Source: an uncultured Pseudomonadales bacterium
Lineage (GTDB): Bacteria; Patescibacteriota; Microgenomatia; UBA1400; PJMF01
Assembly (NCBI GenBank): GCA_964648715.1
Contig: CAZYNM010000001.1
Location: 80,040-144,039 of the forward strand
DNA: 64,000 nt
Direction of reading: 5' to 3'
Within the stretch, counting starts at the first letter, position 1, and every line of letters starts with the position of its first letter. Made by a program: the position numbers and the translations under genes. This document shows, one piece after another, positions 18,077 through 27,854 of the stretch. The notes under the pieces were generated by a model that made no database searches, had not been told where the DNA came from, and saw nothing but the letters and a program-made list of their open reading frames with translations.

Positions 18077-18486
18077 GGGGATGTATTGCTTTGACGTGAT
18101 ATGTTCATTAACATCTGCAGATCGTCTTTGATTCACAAGACGTATAAAAAAGAATCAAACAATAGCTGTCACATCACGTTTCAGCAAAGTTCGCGAGAGT
18201 GTCACAGCATTTGCTGCTGACATTTTCGGAACTCCAAGTTACGCTCTTGTAGCATAACGAGGCATTCAGTAGGCTCTCGCACTGGTGGAGTATGCTGGGT
18301 GAAAACCAAAGCTAGTGTGACAGTGCATGCATAGCTTATCTGAATGCACATAAGACAACACGACGAGCAGTGGGGTGAAATAGTTTGCCTTTTTTGCTGA
18401 CACCTCAGCTATCGTAAAAAAAGCCTATATCTGTAGATGATGTTAGTGTACTGTCGCGGACAGGGGGTCATTCCCCCTCATCTCCA
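18077..18486 (+). ncRNA. ssrA: tmRNA (ssrA) candidate
   Basis: 5' GGGGAUG...CUUUGACG resembles the tmRNA 5' consensus. The 3' end has GGAC-AGGGGG-UCAUU-CCCCC-UCAUCUCC-A as a tRNA-like T-arm/acceptor. The 7-bp acceptor GGGGAUG/CAUCUCC has a G3.U wobble (Ala identity). The internal frame ends ...FGTPSYALVA-TAA at 18255-18257, resembling the ANDENYALAA tag. The 450-bp region has no credible protein ORF. Confidence 0.7.
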
Positions 18487-18490
18487 CACA

Positions 18491-19138
18491 CTATATTCCG
18501 TGGGCCAGAACCATGCCCTTTGTTCTATATATCCCAACTTTTTTAAGTGCTTGTGCACATGCCTGGATTGTAGCGCCCGTTGTGTATACGTCATCTATAA
18601 TGAGCACTCGTGTCGTATGCGGTAGCTGCAGAGCAGCCGGAGTAGCACTGTAGAGCCCATACACATTCTTTTTACGTAGCTGTTTGTTTGTTGTGCGTGC
18701 CTGCGTACTTACTGAAGTAGTTCTTTCAAGTAACTCTACGTAAGGAATGTTCTTGAGGTGAGATAGATGCTCTGCAAGTTGTTGTGCTTGATTGAAGCCG
18801 CGACTGAGTCGTTTGCTGTGGTGGAGTGGAACAGCAGTGATAATATCTGCATCGGGAATTGTGCCATGATCATACATAATCTGGGCTAAAACAGGTCCCA
18901 GTGATTGAATCCCCTCATATTTGTAGTAATGGAGTACTTCTCGTAATACACCTTCATAAACACACACAGCATGTACGCTGTATTTATCTTTATCATCATC
19001 AAATTGACAGTCTCTGTTATAAAAGCTAAGAGAAGCAATGCACTCATGGCAGAGGAGTACACCAATTTTTTTGCATACACAACAGTGCGTGGTGAAAAAA
19101 AATTCCAGAAAAAAATTTATCCAAAAGTGCAGGTTCAT
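18491..19138 (-). CDS. comF: ComF-family phosphoribosyltransferase (ComFC-like)
   Basis: 215 aa. N-terminal zinc-finger-like CCVCKKIGVLLCHEC, C-terminal PRTase motif VLIIDDVYTTGATIQ. Confidence 0.75.
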   Translation of the reverse strand: MNLHFWINFFLEFFFTTHCCVCKKIGVLLCHECIASLSFYNRDCQFDDDKDKYSVHAVCVYEGVLREVLHYYKYEGIQSLGPVLAQIMYDHGTIPDADIITAVPLHHSKRLSRGFNQAQQLAEHLSHLKNIPYVELLERTTSVSTQARTTNKQLRKKNVYGLYSATPAALQLPHTTRVLIIDDVYTTGATIQACAQALKKVGIYRTKGMVLAHGI

Positions 19139-19167
19139 ATACCTAAGATGAGCATACGGAGGATGCT

Positions 19168-20778
19168 TTACTGGGGTGTAGAATCAGAAAACCTACGGAG
19201 ATATTCTCGCTGTATCTGTGCCGCATCACTAGCTCGCTTTTCTTGTAGATATGCATTATATAACGGGAGGTATGAGTAGAAAAAATGTGGGTCTAGTTTA
19301 AGAGCCTTTTCATACTGTGTAATTGCTGCCTCGGTTTCTCCCATAGCTCCATATGTGTTGCCAATATTGTGATACATAACTGGATTATCACCACCCATGC
19401 GCAGTGCCTCGCTATATTCTTTAAGAGCTTTTGAATATGCTCCTTCTTGTGCATAGGACATTCCCAGATTATTGTGAAGCCTGGAGGAATTACTGTACTG
19501 TAAAGTATATTCATAGAATCGCACTGCGTTGCCCCATAAGTAGTTCTGTCTGAGTGTAATGAGGCAGAGAATACTCACCCAAACAGAGAGTGTATATATA
19601 TTCTTATCGCTGCGTATACATCTGGGTACGTATTTCCCAGCTAGTTGTAACCACCCCGCCCAGAAGAGGAAAAAACCAACAGAAGGCAGGTAGAGCCAGT
19701 GCTCGTAAAGTATGCCATTAATAGGTACGATGCCTGATACAGGTCCAAGGAGCCCAAAAAACCACACACATCCATAGAGGGGTAGGAAGTTCTTTCTCGT
19801 ATAAGCGACATAGCAACATGCTGCACCTATAGTAACCAAAAAGAATAGCGTTGGTAGTGGCCATGGTGATCTCAAAGAAGTAATTACTTCTTGTGTCCGT
19901 TCCATATGTAGAGGATAAGGGAAGATAAGAAGCTGCCAGTACGTCCAGAGCACCCGAGTGAAGGTTAGTACTCTCACGCCCATGTTCTGTGAATAGAGTG
20001 AATCATCTTGATAAAAATTAAAAGAGTTTTGAAAATTAAGCACAGTTGCTCTAAGCAGTAAATATCCTCCACATATACAGAAGAAAATAAAGAAAATAGA
20101 CACATGTTTTCTTATGCTAGCTGTGGAGAAACCGTGTCTGCGGGTGTGCTCAAACAAAAGAAGGCCAATAAGTACAAGTGAAGCAATGCCAATTTCTTTA
20201 CTAAAAATGCTACATAGATAACTACCTACAGCTGCAAAACCAATGAACCAGCTGGGCATCTCAGCGGTAATATTGTAGAGTTTCCATTGGTACTTCTTTT
20301 GTTGAAGAGAAAGATGCATGAGAAGCACACTGAGAAGAGCAAAAACTGCTGATAGTGAGTCCCCACGTGAATTAATATATGTAACTGCTTCAGTCTGGAG
20401 GGGATGAACGGCAAAAAGAACACCAAGCCAAAAAGAGAACTTTCGTGACTTGGTGAACACGTACAGCACACCAATGCATAATACAGCAGCAACAGCATGT
20501 AGCAGGGTATTAGTGAGGTGAAACCCAAAGGGATGCAAACCCCATACAGCGTGGTCTAAGGCAAAACTAACTGTGGTTAATGGTCGATAGTAGTTACTGT
20601 GCAGGCCAGCACCTGCAATAGTATTTTCTGTAAAAATCTTTGAAAGACTAAATGAGACAACATACTCATTTTTGTAAATGAACTGTTCGTCATCCCAAAT
20701 AAAAGGATTAAAAAATGATGAAAAGTATACAAGAAAAGTGCTGACAAAGACGATGCTTATAAGAGTACGAAAGCGCAT
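19168..20778 (-). CDS. Polytopic membrane protein with C-terminal TPR repeats (PMT/TMTC-like putative glycosyltransferase)
   Basis: 536 aa. ~11 N-terminal TM helices followed by 3 TPR units (NNLGMSYAQEGAYSKALKEYSEALRM..., YHNIGNTYGAMGETEAAITQYEKALKLDP). Confidence 0.6.
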   Translation of the reverse strand: MRFRTLISIVFVSTFLVYFSSFFNPFIWDDEQFIYKNEYVVSFSLSKIFTENTIAGAGLHSNYYRPLTTVSFALDHAVWGLHPFGFHLTNTLLHAVAAVLCIGVLYVFTKSRKFSFWLGVLFAVHPLQTEAVTYINSRGDSLSAVFALLSVLLMHLSLQQKKYQWKLYNITAEMPSWFIGFAAVGSYLCSIFSKEIGIASLVLIGLLLFEHTRRHGFSTASIRKHVSIFFIFFCICGGYLLLRATVLNFQNSFNFYQDDSLYSQNMGVRVLTFTRVLWTYWQLLIFPYPLHMERTQEVITSLRSPWPLPTLFFLVTIGAACCYVAYTRKNFLPLYGCVWFFGLLGPVSGIVPINGILYEHWLYLPSVGFFLFWAGWLQLAGKYVPRCIRSDKNIYTLSVWVSILCLITLRQNYLWGNAVRFYEYTLQYSNSSRLHNNLGMSYAQEGAYSKALKEYSEALRMGGDNPVMYHNIGNTYGAMGETEAAITQYEKALKLDPHFFYSYLPLYNAYLQEKRASDAAQIQREYLRRFSDSTPQ

Positions 20779-20810
20779 GAACCTAGCGTATCATGAAGCA
20801 GCTGTGTCCA

Positions 20811-23800
20811 CTAGAATCTGCTCCTTACTGTAGCTTGCTTTTGAGATCGGAGTTTCAGCACGAATACCGTAAGTATCACGCTACTAAGCAGCACACCTCC
20901 CATGCTTACAAGATACAGTGGAGACAATAGGGCGCTGCGCTGTGTTACTGTGATCTGTAGTGAAATGGTGATCTTGTCTTCGGTAAGATAGAGCGCTTGC
21001 TCACCTTCAAAGTTTTGATAGGCAATAAGCACTCTATGTGGTCCAGTCTCTACGTTTTCAAAAACGACACGTCCAGTAGCATCTGTATGAGCCTCCTGTA
21101 CATTTGAATGGAGCGTTACCTGTGCTCCTTCAATTGGCAACCCGTGTACGTCTATAACCTTAATTTCTACCCGGTGGCCATTACTCTTTTTCTGTGATAA
21201 TTCTTGCTTAGATGACACTGACGTATCTTCTTGTGCGGTGTCTTTAAGCAGCTCCGAGTGCATAAGCAGTAGTGTCGGTTGGTTATTTGTGTCGGATGTC
21301 TTTGCACTTAATTCATTGGACCATGAGCCAGTTCTGCACCCATTACCACCTCTTACTTTAAAGTAGTACGTTGTGTTGGGTTGAAGATTAGTCACTGTAT
21401 ATGTCATTTGGCTGTCGAGAGGAACCGCAAGCTGTGGTGCGCCATATCTTTCTTTGTCTTCAGAAGGTCCGTAAAGGAGTGCATAGGTGTCTACTGGGTC
21501 AGAGGCTTTTGTAAAGTACAGTACAATACTGTTCCCATCTTGAGGTATCGCACCATAGAGCCAAGGCACTTGATCACCCACACTTTGTGTACAGCTTGTT
21601 ACAGAAGACGAAGAAGCTTCTGTGCTTGAGGAACTGAGTGTTCCAAACAATCCAAAGATAGAAAAACCAGCTGTACTGCAAGTTACTGTATTGGTATTTG
21701 TACTGACGCTACAATTGTTCAGCTCATGCCAAGAGCTCCCATCCCAACGGTGGATACGTAAACTATTTTCATCTTGTCCTACAACGCTCTCGTCAGAGTA
21801 TGTAACCGTTACTGACAGATTTTGTGCAAAACTAGTCACCGCTGTTCCTACGCTGGTCAATGCTTTTAAATCATAGAGATAGTCACCAACCAAATGACGG
21901 TTTTGAGGTGTCATTGTTACTCCAAGAGTTGCGCGAGACTCTACATTCTTTATCTGAACCACGGCGTCACTTCCAGTAAAACCAGCTGGTGCAGATACAC
22001 GGATGCCTCTCCCGCTTTGTAACAAACTGGCACTTCCTCCAGTGGCAGAAGGAAGCGCATCTTCTGCTGCATCAAGTACATTCGCTGAACCTGTACAGCC
22101 CGGTGTAGTGAACACTCCTGGAGTCCCGGTAGTAACAGTACCAAGCGTATCTGCAGATTTGACTCTATAGTAGTAACGAACACAAGGAAGCAAGCCTGTT
22201 AAAGAGACACTGTGGGAGGTTGTCATGGGCGAAGTATCAGTGACTGCAGTGGTGGTGCCGTAGCTACTTGTTAGCCCATACTCTACTTGAGTTGAACGGA
22301 TGTGTGAAGTCGTCCATGAAATAGTTGCTGAAGTACTACTCGTTTGTGTGGAAATAGCACTAATAATGGCCGTGGGTGCAGTTGGTACACCCGGCCATAG
22401 GTTTTGCATAGCAGTATATGCTGGTCTATCGGTGTACATGAGCGTGGTTCGATCACTTAACGTGAGCTCATATTTACTTGTTCCTGAGGTATTATTTTGA
22501 GCGAAGTCATACCAAAAAATTGGTCCAGCTACACCCCAATCCAGCAATTTTTGATATGCATCAGTAAGGTAGGAGGCTTTGGTGGTTTCACTGCCTCCCG
22601 TATTGCCTGGGTATTCAGCAGCATCTGCTGTATATCCAACTTCAGTGATCCAGATAGGCTTTGTCTCCATACCGGGAATAGTCTGCATTTTTGCATATAA
22701 AATATTGAGTTGATTGACCGTTCCGTCTGCACCAAGATCCGAATAGGGATGAAATGACATGATGTCAAAATAGCCGGATGGGTTGATCGTCGCCATCTCG
22801 GTGAGCCAGCGGTCAAGATGATGCTGCGATAAGCCACCATGGACTACTTGCAAGTCACTATCAATATTTTTGACGGTTGTATAAAAGTCACTCAAAAAAA
22901 GATAATACCAGTTCACTGATTGGGTATATGCCACCGGATCTGAGCCATCGGCATCATTAATATTCCAAAACGATGATAAGTTATTTTCATTTCCAAGTTC
23001 CCAATACGTGAAATCATTTTTATAGCACTCAACAAGCGTACTAATCCAGTCTACAAAAGTTGCTCTTTCACCGGAGCTTGCTGTCGTGGTGAGAGAGTTT
23101 GGGATAGAAACACGCGCTAATCCTTCCATACCGCGAGCTTTGAGTGAGTCCCTGATACGTGCGTAAAACTTTGTGTTGTCACCACACGTTGTTTGTGTGC
23201 CTTGATCTATTGTAAAACGTACCCATTTGATGCCCGCTGCATGCATCCTATCAAGATCAGCGTAGATACCACCAAAGTAATAGCTGTTGGGTCCATGAAC
23301 AGTGTTATACCACTCGCCAATATGCCAAGCTGCACCCTTGGTGTTAGTACTACCAGTAAGAGCTGGTGGGGTTGGTGCAGGTGTGGGATTGGTAATGCTG
23401 AAGGTATCAAATGAGACCGTAATGGGTGCATTGCTGACTGATGTGGCAAGATAAGCACGCAACCCAAGCGTGCCAGCCTGTTGAAGATTCGCAGTTGAGT
23501 CTGTTACTGATGATGTCCAATACGTAGGCTCTTTCCAGCCGTCATACCAAGCTTTGATTTTGAGTGTTGTAGGGTTTGTGCCAGAAACTTGAAAACGTAC
23601 CCAGAATTCTTTGTTAATCTCCTGCGCCATTTCGGGTATAGCTGTGTTCGCAGTGAGGTCGGTAAAGGTGCCTGCATTGTTTACCTGTATGTTTACATAG
23701 ACTTTGTTGTTGGTGAGCAATAGGACGTGTCCAAAGTACTCACTATTTGAAGTAGCGTTGCGCCGAGCAATAAGATAGAGATGCTGTGTGTTAGTGAGTG

Positions 23801-24107
23801 GCTTTTTATCAACACTAATCTTGACCTTCATGTCTACATCTGTTTCGTTAACACTGAGGAGTCTTAGTGTTCGATTTGTTGCAGTGGTTCCCTGAACTAT
23901 GGTCCCTTTACTGCCATTCACTGCATACTCGGAACTACTACCACCTCCCAAAGTATAGCTACTACCTGTGTCACTGCTGCCCCAACCATTTGCTTGAGTA
24001 CGAGTAAAGGTGTCAGAAAAAGAGACGGCAACCACGTGTACTGGTGCGCAGAGTGCATAAAAAGATGCTAGAAAAACTGCTATGTTTAGTTTGAGAGAAA
24101 CTTTCAC
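20811..24107 (-). CDS. Cell-surface anchored clan GH-A glycoside hydrolase with FN3 and Cna-B-like domains
   Basis: 1098 aa. Signal peptide; TIM-barrel GH-A catalytic motifs FTYWELGNENN (acid/base NE) and KPIWITEVGY (nucleophile); two FN3-like modules (ATISWTT..., PNTTYYFKV); CarboxypepD_reg/Cna-B-like VTLHS...TDATGRVVF; C-terminal TM anchor plus basic tail. Confidence 0.7.
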   Translation of the reverse strand: MKVSLKLNIAVFLASFYALCAPVHVVAVSFSDTFTRTQANGWGSSDTGSSYTLGGGSSSEYAVNGSKGTIVQGTTATNRTLRLLSVNETDVDMKVKISVDKKPLTNTQHLYLIARRNATSNSEYFGHVLLLTNNKVYVNIQVNNAGTFTDLTANTAIPEMAQEINKEFWVRFQVSGTNPTTLKIKAWYDGWKEPTYWTSSVTDSTANLQQAGTLGLRAYLATSVSNAPITVSFDTFSITNPTPAPTPPALTGSTNTKGAAWHIGEWYNTVHGPNSYYFGGIYADLDRMHAAGIKWVRFTIDQGTQTTCGDNTKFYARIRDSLKARGMEGLARVSIPNSLTTTASSGERATFVDWISTLVECYKNDFTYWELGNENNLSSFWNINDADGSDPVAYTQSVNWYYLFLSDFYTTVKNIDSDLQVVHGGLSQHHLDRWLTEMATINPSGYFDIMSFHPYSDLGADGTVNQLNILYAKMQTIPGMETKPIWITEVGYTADAAEYPGNTGGSETTKASYLTDAYQKLLDWGVAGPIFWYDFAQNNTSGTSKYELTLSDRTTLMYTDRPAYTAMQNLWPGVPTAPTAIISAISTQTSSTSATISWTTSHIRSTQVEYGLTSSYGTTTAVTDTSPMTTSHSVSLTGLLPCVRYYYRVKSADTLGTVTTGTPGVFTTPGCTGSANVLDAAEDALPSATGGSASLLQSGRGIRVSAPAGFTGSDAVVQIKNVESRATLGVTMTPQNRHLVGDYLYDLKALTSVGTAVTSFAQNLSVTVTYSDESVVGQDENSLRIHRWDGSSWHELNNCSVSTNTNTVTCSTAGFSIFGLFGTLSSSSTEASSSSVTSCTQSVGDQVPWLYGAIPQDGNSIVLYFTKASDPVDTYALLYGPSEDKERYGAPQLAVPLDSQMTYTVTNLQPNTTYYFKVRGGNGCRTGSWSNELSAKTSDTNNQPTLLLMHSELLKDTAQEDTSVSSKQELSQKKSNGHRVEIKVIDVHGLPIEGAQVTLHSNVQEAHTDATGRVVFENVETGPHRVLIAYQNFEGEQALYLTEDKITISLQITVTQRSALLSPLYLVSMGGVLLSSVILTVFVLKLRSQKQATVRSRF

Positions 24108-24189
24108 GCAACACCGCTTCTGTTTATATCCACGTATCAGTATAAAGAGTAAAAAGATTGAAATAAAGTGTGAAGTGTAATAAAAAATG

Positions 24190-24263
24190 TGGTCGCACTA
24201 GGACTCGAACCTAGGACCTCACGAATGTGAATCGTGCGCTCTAACCAACTGAGCTATGCGACC
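24190..24263 (-). tRNA. tRNA-Val (anticodon CAC)
   Basis: Reverse complement GGTCGCATAGCTCAGTTGGTTAGAGCGCACGATTCACATTCGTGAGGTCCTAGGTTCGAGTCCTAGTGCGACCA. Perfect 7-bp acceptor, GTTCGAGTC T-arm, anticodon loop TTCACAT, encoded CCA. Confidence 0.85.
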
Positions 24264-24281
24264 AACACATGGGTGATTATA

Positions 24282-25394
24282 TCACTCAATAAGTGCAAAG
24301 TCTCTTAAGATTTGCTCTACTTCTTGAGCATTTTGAGAGAGTACAAGCCGTGTGCGTATCTGGGTGGCATTAGGTATAGCACGTACGTACCATGACAAGT
24401 GTTTTCGCATAGGCAGAAACGTGTATTTTTCTTGATGAGAGAATGCTTGTTCATACAACTTGGCATGCTCAAGTGCGATAGCGAAAATAGAATGTGGAGG
24501 GGCAGCTTCTTGGAAAATGAATGGATTACCAAGAGCCCCACGACCTATCAACACACCATCTAAACAATAGGTGCTGCAGCGCTGAAGTGCTGTGCTATAG
24601 CTATCAATATCACCATTGCCCAGGATTTTTACACCAGTGCCTTTTACCATCTGTGCAGCTTGGCCAATAAGTTCCCAGTTCGCAAGACCACCGTACTGCT
24701 GACTTAATGTTCTCCCGTGTAGTGCAATAGCAGCAACACCTGTTTCAATGAGTGTGGGTATCCAGGACTCTACAACCGGCTCGTTATATCCCACGCGTGT
24801 TTTTACGCTCACTGGGACGAGTGTGCGGATGTCCTTTTGTACAGTACGTTTGGCGACAGCAGTACGAATGTCACTGGTCATATCAGGGCAGTCTGCAAGA
24901 GTAGCCCCATTCATCCAGTCAGTTGCTCCTTGTTTGGTAGCTGCTATGATTGCTTGAGCTCGTTGAGGGTTTCTAATGAGTGCAGCACCTGCGCCAGAAT
25001 GCGCTACGTTTTTTGCGGGGCAACCCATGTTTATATCAATACCATCAAAGCCTAGCTCACATAACAGAATTGCGGTCTGACGGAAGTACTCAGGAGTTGT
25101 GCCATATATTTGCCCAATAACAGGTCGCTCAGTATCACTGTACATGAACTCTCTCAGCAGTCGCTCAGCACCATGACAAATGCCTTCCACAGAAGTGAAC
25201 TCTGTGTACATCACTGCGGGATTACCGTATTTTTTGGTAATAGTGCGGAAAGGGTAGTCAGTGAGACCATCCATTGGTGATAGTCCCAAGATGGGTGTGG
25301 AAACTGTATTCCAAAAATGGGCAGCCTGCATGGAAGTGATTATATCATTCTTGGCCTGGGGCAGCTGCTGCTTTTGAGGTACAATAGTGCCCAT
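24282..25394 (-). CDS. dus: tRNA-dihydrouridine synthase (Dus family)
   Basis: LSPMDGLTDYPFR matches the Dus M(A/D)G(V/L)TDxPFR motif. TIM-barrel FMN region; conserved catalytic Cys context NMGCPAKNV. Start may be the internal Met at 25330. Confidence 0.8.
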   Translation of the reverse strand: MGTIVPQKQQLPQAKNDIITSMQAAHFWNTVSTPILGLSPMDGLTDYPFRTITKKYGNPAVMYTEFTSVEGICHGAERLLREFMYSDTERPVIGQIYGTTPEYFRQTAILLCELGFDGIDINMGCPAKNVAHSGAGAALIRNPQRAQAIIAATKQGATDWMNGATLADCPDMTSDIRTAVAKRTVQKDIRTLVPVSVKTRVGYNEPVVESWIPTLIETGVAAIALHGRTLSQQYGGLANWELIGQAAQMVKGTGVKILGNGDIDSYSTALQRCSTYCLDGVLIGRGALGNPFIFQEAAPPHSIFAIALEHAKLYEQAFSHQEKYTFLPMRKHLSWYVRAIPNATQIRTRLVLSQNAQEVEQILRDFALIE

Positions 25395-26118
25395 GCAGCC
25401 AGTCGTTGATTTCTATGATACCTATCATGCAAAAAACGGAGTGTTTAAGGGTAGTATTTCTGAAGGTAATTTTACTTACTACTATCTAGCACCAGTGATC
25501 CGTAGAGTCCTGCAATCATTGTATCGACCAGTGGTGTTGGATATAGGCTGTGGCGTAGGTACTTTAAGCTTGTTTGCAGCACAGTATGCACATGCAGTGA
25601 TTGGTATAGATGTATCTGCACGAGCAGTTGCTATTGCACAAGCAGCAATATACCCAAGCCAGCGAGTTTTTTTTAAACAAGGTACTTTGAGTGCACCTGT
25701 ACAGGTAGCTTCGTGCATCATTTGTTGTGAGGTCTTGGAGCATGTGCCACATGATGAACAGTTCCTATATATATTGAGAGATTCACTTATCAAAGGAGGT
25801 ATCCTGATTCTTTCCACACCACTCCAAGAAACAGTGCTTGCCTCAACAAGACTTTACAAACATTTTGATGCAGAGGTCGGTCATCTACGTAGATACTCAG
25901 TTACTCAACTACGCTCACTTTTTGCACGAGTAGGCTTTGAGATAGTTGAGCTGCATAGGACGGAGAGTCCACTGCGTAATCTACTTTTTATTCTTCACAT
26001 GGATCTAGTTATCAGATGTATCCGTGGGCCACTTGTTCCATTTTTTCACTGGGTAGATGAGCAACTTTGCTGGGTATTTGGCGCAAGTAATGCAATACTA
26101 GTGGCACGAAAAAAATGA
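25387..26118 (+). CDS. Class I SAM-dependent methyltransferase
   Basis: 243 aa. VLDIGCGVGTLSL (motif I), acidic motif II. Starts the glycosylation cluster. Confidence 0.7.
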   Translation: MPMQPVVDFYDTYHAKNGVFKGSISEGNFTYYYLAPVIRRVLQSLYRPVVLDIGCGVGTLSLFAAQYAHAVIGIDVSARAVAIAQAAIYPSQRVFFKQGTLSAPVQVASCIICCEVLEHVPHDEQFLYILRDSLIKGGILILSTPLQETVLASTRLYKHFDAEVGHLRRYSVTQLRSLFARVGFEIVELHRTESPLRNLLFILHMDLVIRCIRGPLVPFFHWVDEQLCWVFGASNAILVARKK

Positions 26119-27140
26119 AACACATTGTTTTTTGCACTCCAGGGTTTGCTCCTCATATTGGTGGAGTAGAAAAGCATGTCACCGCTGTAGCCACGCAACT
26201 TGGCAGGCTTGGGTATCGGGTGAGCGTTGTCACACCAAAAGAATCACAAGGTGAAAATATCTTGCAACATTTGACCAATGTTTCTGTGATAACTCTTGAA
26301 GGAGACGCGCACAGTAAAAGAGATGTATGGTTGTGGGTACTGCGGCAGTGGCGTCTATTTGTTTTGGCAGATGTGGTGCATGTGCATGACGTAGCGTGGT
26401 GGATACTGCCCGTGCTGCCACTTATTTTTATGAAGTTTTTTATTACCTTTCATGGCTGGGAAGGTGAGTACCCAATACCACTCTTACACAAGCTCCAGCG
26501 TAGATTTTTCTCTGTGTGTGCCCGTGCTACAATTCACATTGGTGCGTATATTCAAGAATTTTATGGAGATAAACCTACATGCATTATGTATGGTGGAGTT
26601 GCTGCAGAAAATATAATGTTTGCACACAAAAGTAATAAACAATCGATTGTTTTTGTAGGGAGGCTGGCTGCAGACACAGATGTTCCACTGTACATAAAAT
26701 ATTTTAAAAAGCTTAAAGCGCAACTTCCCGCCATCACTATCACTTGGGTTGGTGATGGACCGTTACACAATCTGTGTGCCCGATATGGGCAAGTCACAGG
26801 TTTTGTTGAGCACCCAGAAAAGTATACTCAGCGGGCGCGACTGGTGTGTGCTGCATCATATTTGTCATGTTTAGAAGCAATTGCAGTGGGCAAAAAAGTA
26901 CTTGCAGTTCATTCTCATTTTTTGAAAGAACGCTACCTCAAAGTATTTCCTTTTGCTGATAGATGTATTATTGATTCCGCCTCTTTTTCTACAATGTGTG
27001 ATGTTATGACACTTTTGAAACAAGAAGAATATATAACTCAAGATACGCAAAAACAGTTGCAAAGAAGGTTACTGGATTTTACTTGGGGAGCAGTGACAAA
27101 ACAGTATGTGCATTTATGGGAAACTCAGCCACCATTCTAA
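26115..27140 (+). CDS. GT-B fold glycosyltransferase (GT4-like)
   Basis: 341 aa. N-terminal FAPHIGGVEKHV and C-terminal nucleotide-sugar binding half typical of GT4. Weak match. Confidence 0.55.
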   Translation: MKHIVFCTPGFAPHIGGVEKHVTAVATQLGRLGYRVSVVTPKESQGENILQHLTNVSVITLEGDAHSKRDVWLWVLRQWRLFVLADVVHVHDVAWWILPVLPLIFMKFFITFHGWEGEYPIPLLHKLQRRFFSVCARATIHIGAYIQEFYGDKPTCIMYGGVAAENIMFAHKSNKQSIVFVGRLAADTDVPLYIKYFKKLKAQLPAITITWVGDGPLHNLCARYGQVTGFVEHPEKYTQRARLVCAASYLSCLEAIAVGKKVLAVHSHFLKERYLKVFPFADRCIIDSASFSTMCDVMTLLKQEEYITQDTQKQLQRRLLDFTWGAVTKQYVHLWETQPPF

Positions 27141-27854
27141 TAAACGAGCATATTTATATCCAAAATATTTGCTGAAGAATACTTGACGCGCATCATCAAA
27201 ATATTTTTTAAGAACTCCTTTGTTGTGACTACTCCCACCACCACTGTGTATAACTTTCGCTTGAGGTAAGTAGTATATTTTTTGTCCACAATTAATAATG
27301 CGCCTGCAGATATCATAATCTTCCCAATACATAAAAAATTTTTCATCAAAGCCACCAATCTCATTGAAGATCGTTCTGCGTATACACAACGCTGCTCCAG
27401 AAGCTGCTTCCAAGAAACGAGGCTGTGATAAAGAAGAAAAAGAATAAAAATGCCATAGCGAGATTGGATTGTAAGGCAGATATGTATGTAGCCATGATAA
27501 AACAATAGGTGCAGTGAACCAACGATACTGCCGAGTAAAACTTAAGATGGGCACACCTTTTTCGGAGCATAGCTGTGGAGCAACACAGGCAAGTGTTTGA
27601 TGAGTTGCAAGATAGGTATATATCATCTCAACTGAACCCGGCATCACTAAAGTATCTGGATTAAGAAAAAAAAGATACTCACCAGATGCTTGTGCAGCAC
27701 CAAAGTTGCATCCTTTTGAAAAACCACGATTATCATGGTTGTTGTTTATCACTATTACTTCACTATCACTTGTGTTAGGTAATGAGGCTACACAGCGCTG
27801 TAGCTTTTCAGCATCTTTGTAGGAAACAATGATAAAACTTATTTTTTTGTGCAT
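27114..27854 (-). CDS. Glycosyltransferase family 2
   Basis: 246 aa. ISFIIVSYKDAEKLQRCVASL, VINNNHD, NPDT (DxD-type region). Confidence 0.75.
   Translation of the reverse strand: MHKKISFIIVSYKDAEKLQRCVASLPNTSDSEVIVINNNHDNRGFSKGCNFGAAQASGEYLFFLNPDTLVMPGSVEMIYTYLATHQTLACVAPQLCSEKGVPILSFTRQYRWFTAPIVLSWLHTYLPYNPISLWHFYSFSSLSQPRFLEAASGAALCIRRTIFNEIGGFDEKFFMYWEDYDICRRIINCGQKIYYLPQAKVIHSGGGSSHNKGVLKKYFDDARQVFFSKYFGYKYARLLEWWLSFP

Noticed and set aside
18437-18625. 62-aa ORF overlapping the 3' end of the tmRNA candidate
   Set aside because: It overlaps the tRNA-like domain and the comF 3' end. It is Cys/His-rich low-complexity sequence and most likely spurious.
20811-24107. Many short antisense ORFs inside the 1098-aa surface GH gene (e.g. 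21381-21629, 21622-21876, 22300-22700, 23193-23467), and likewise inside ftsK, mutS and the 768-aa phosphoesterase
   Set aside because: They are antisense to long genes with strong domain evidence and are typical six-frame noise.
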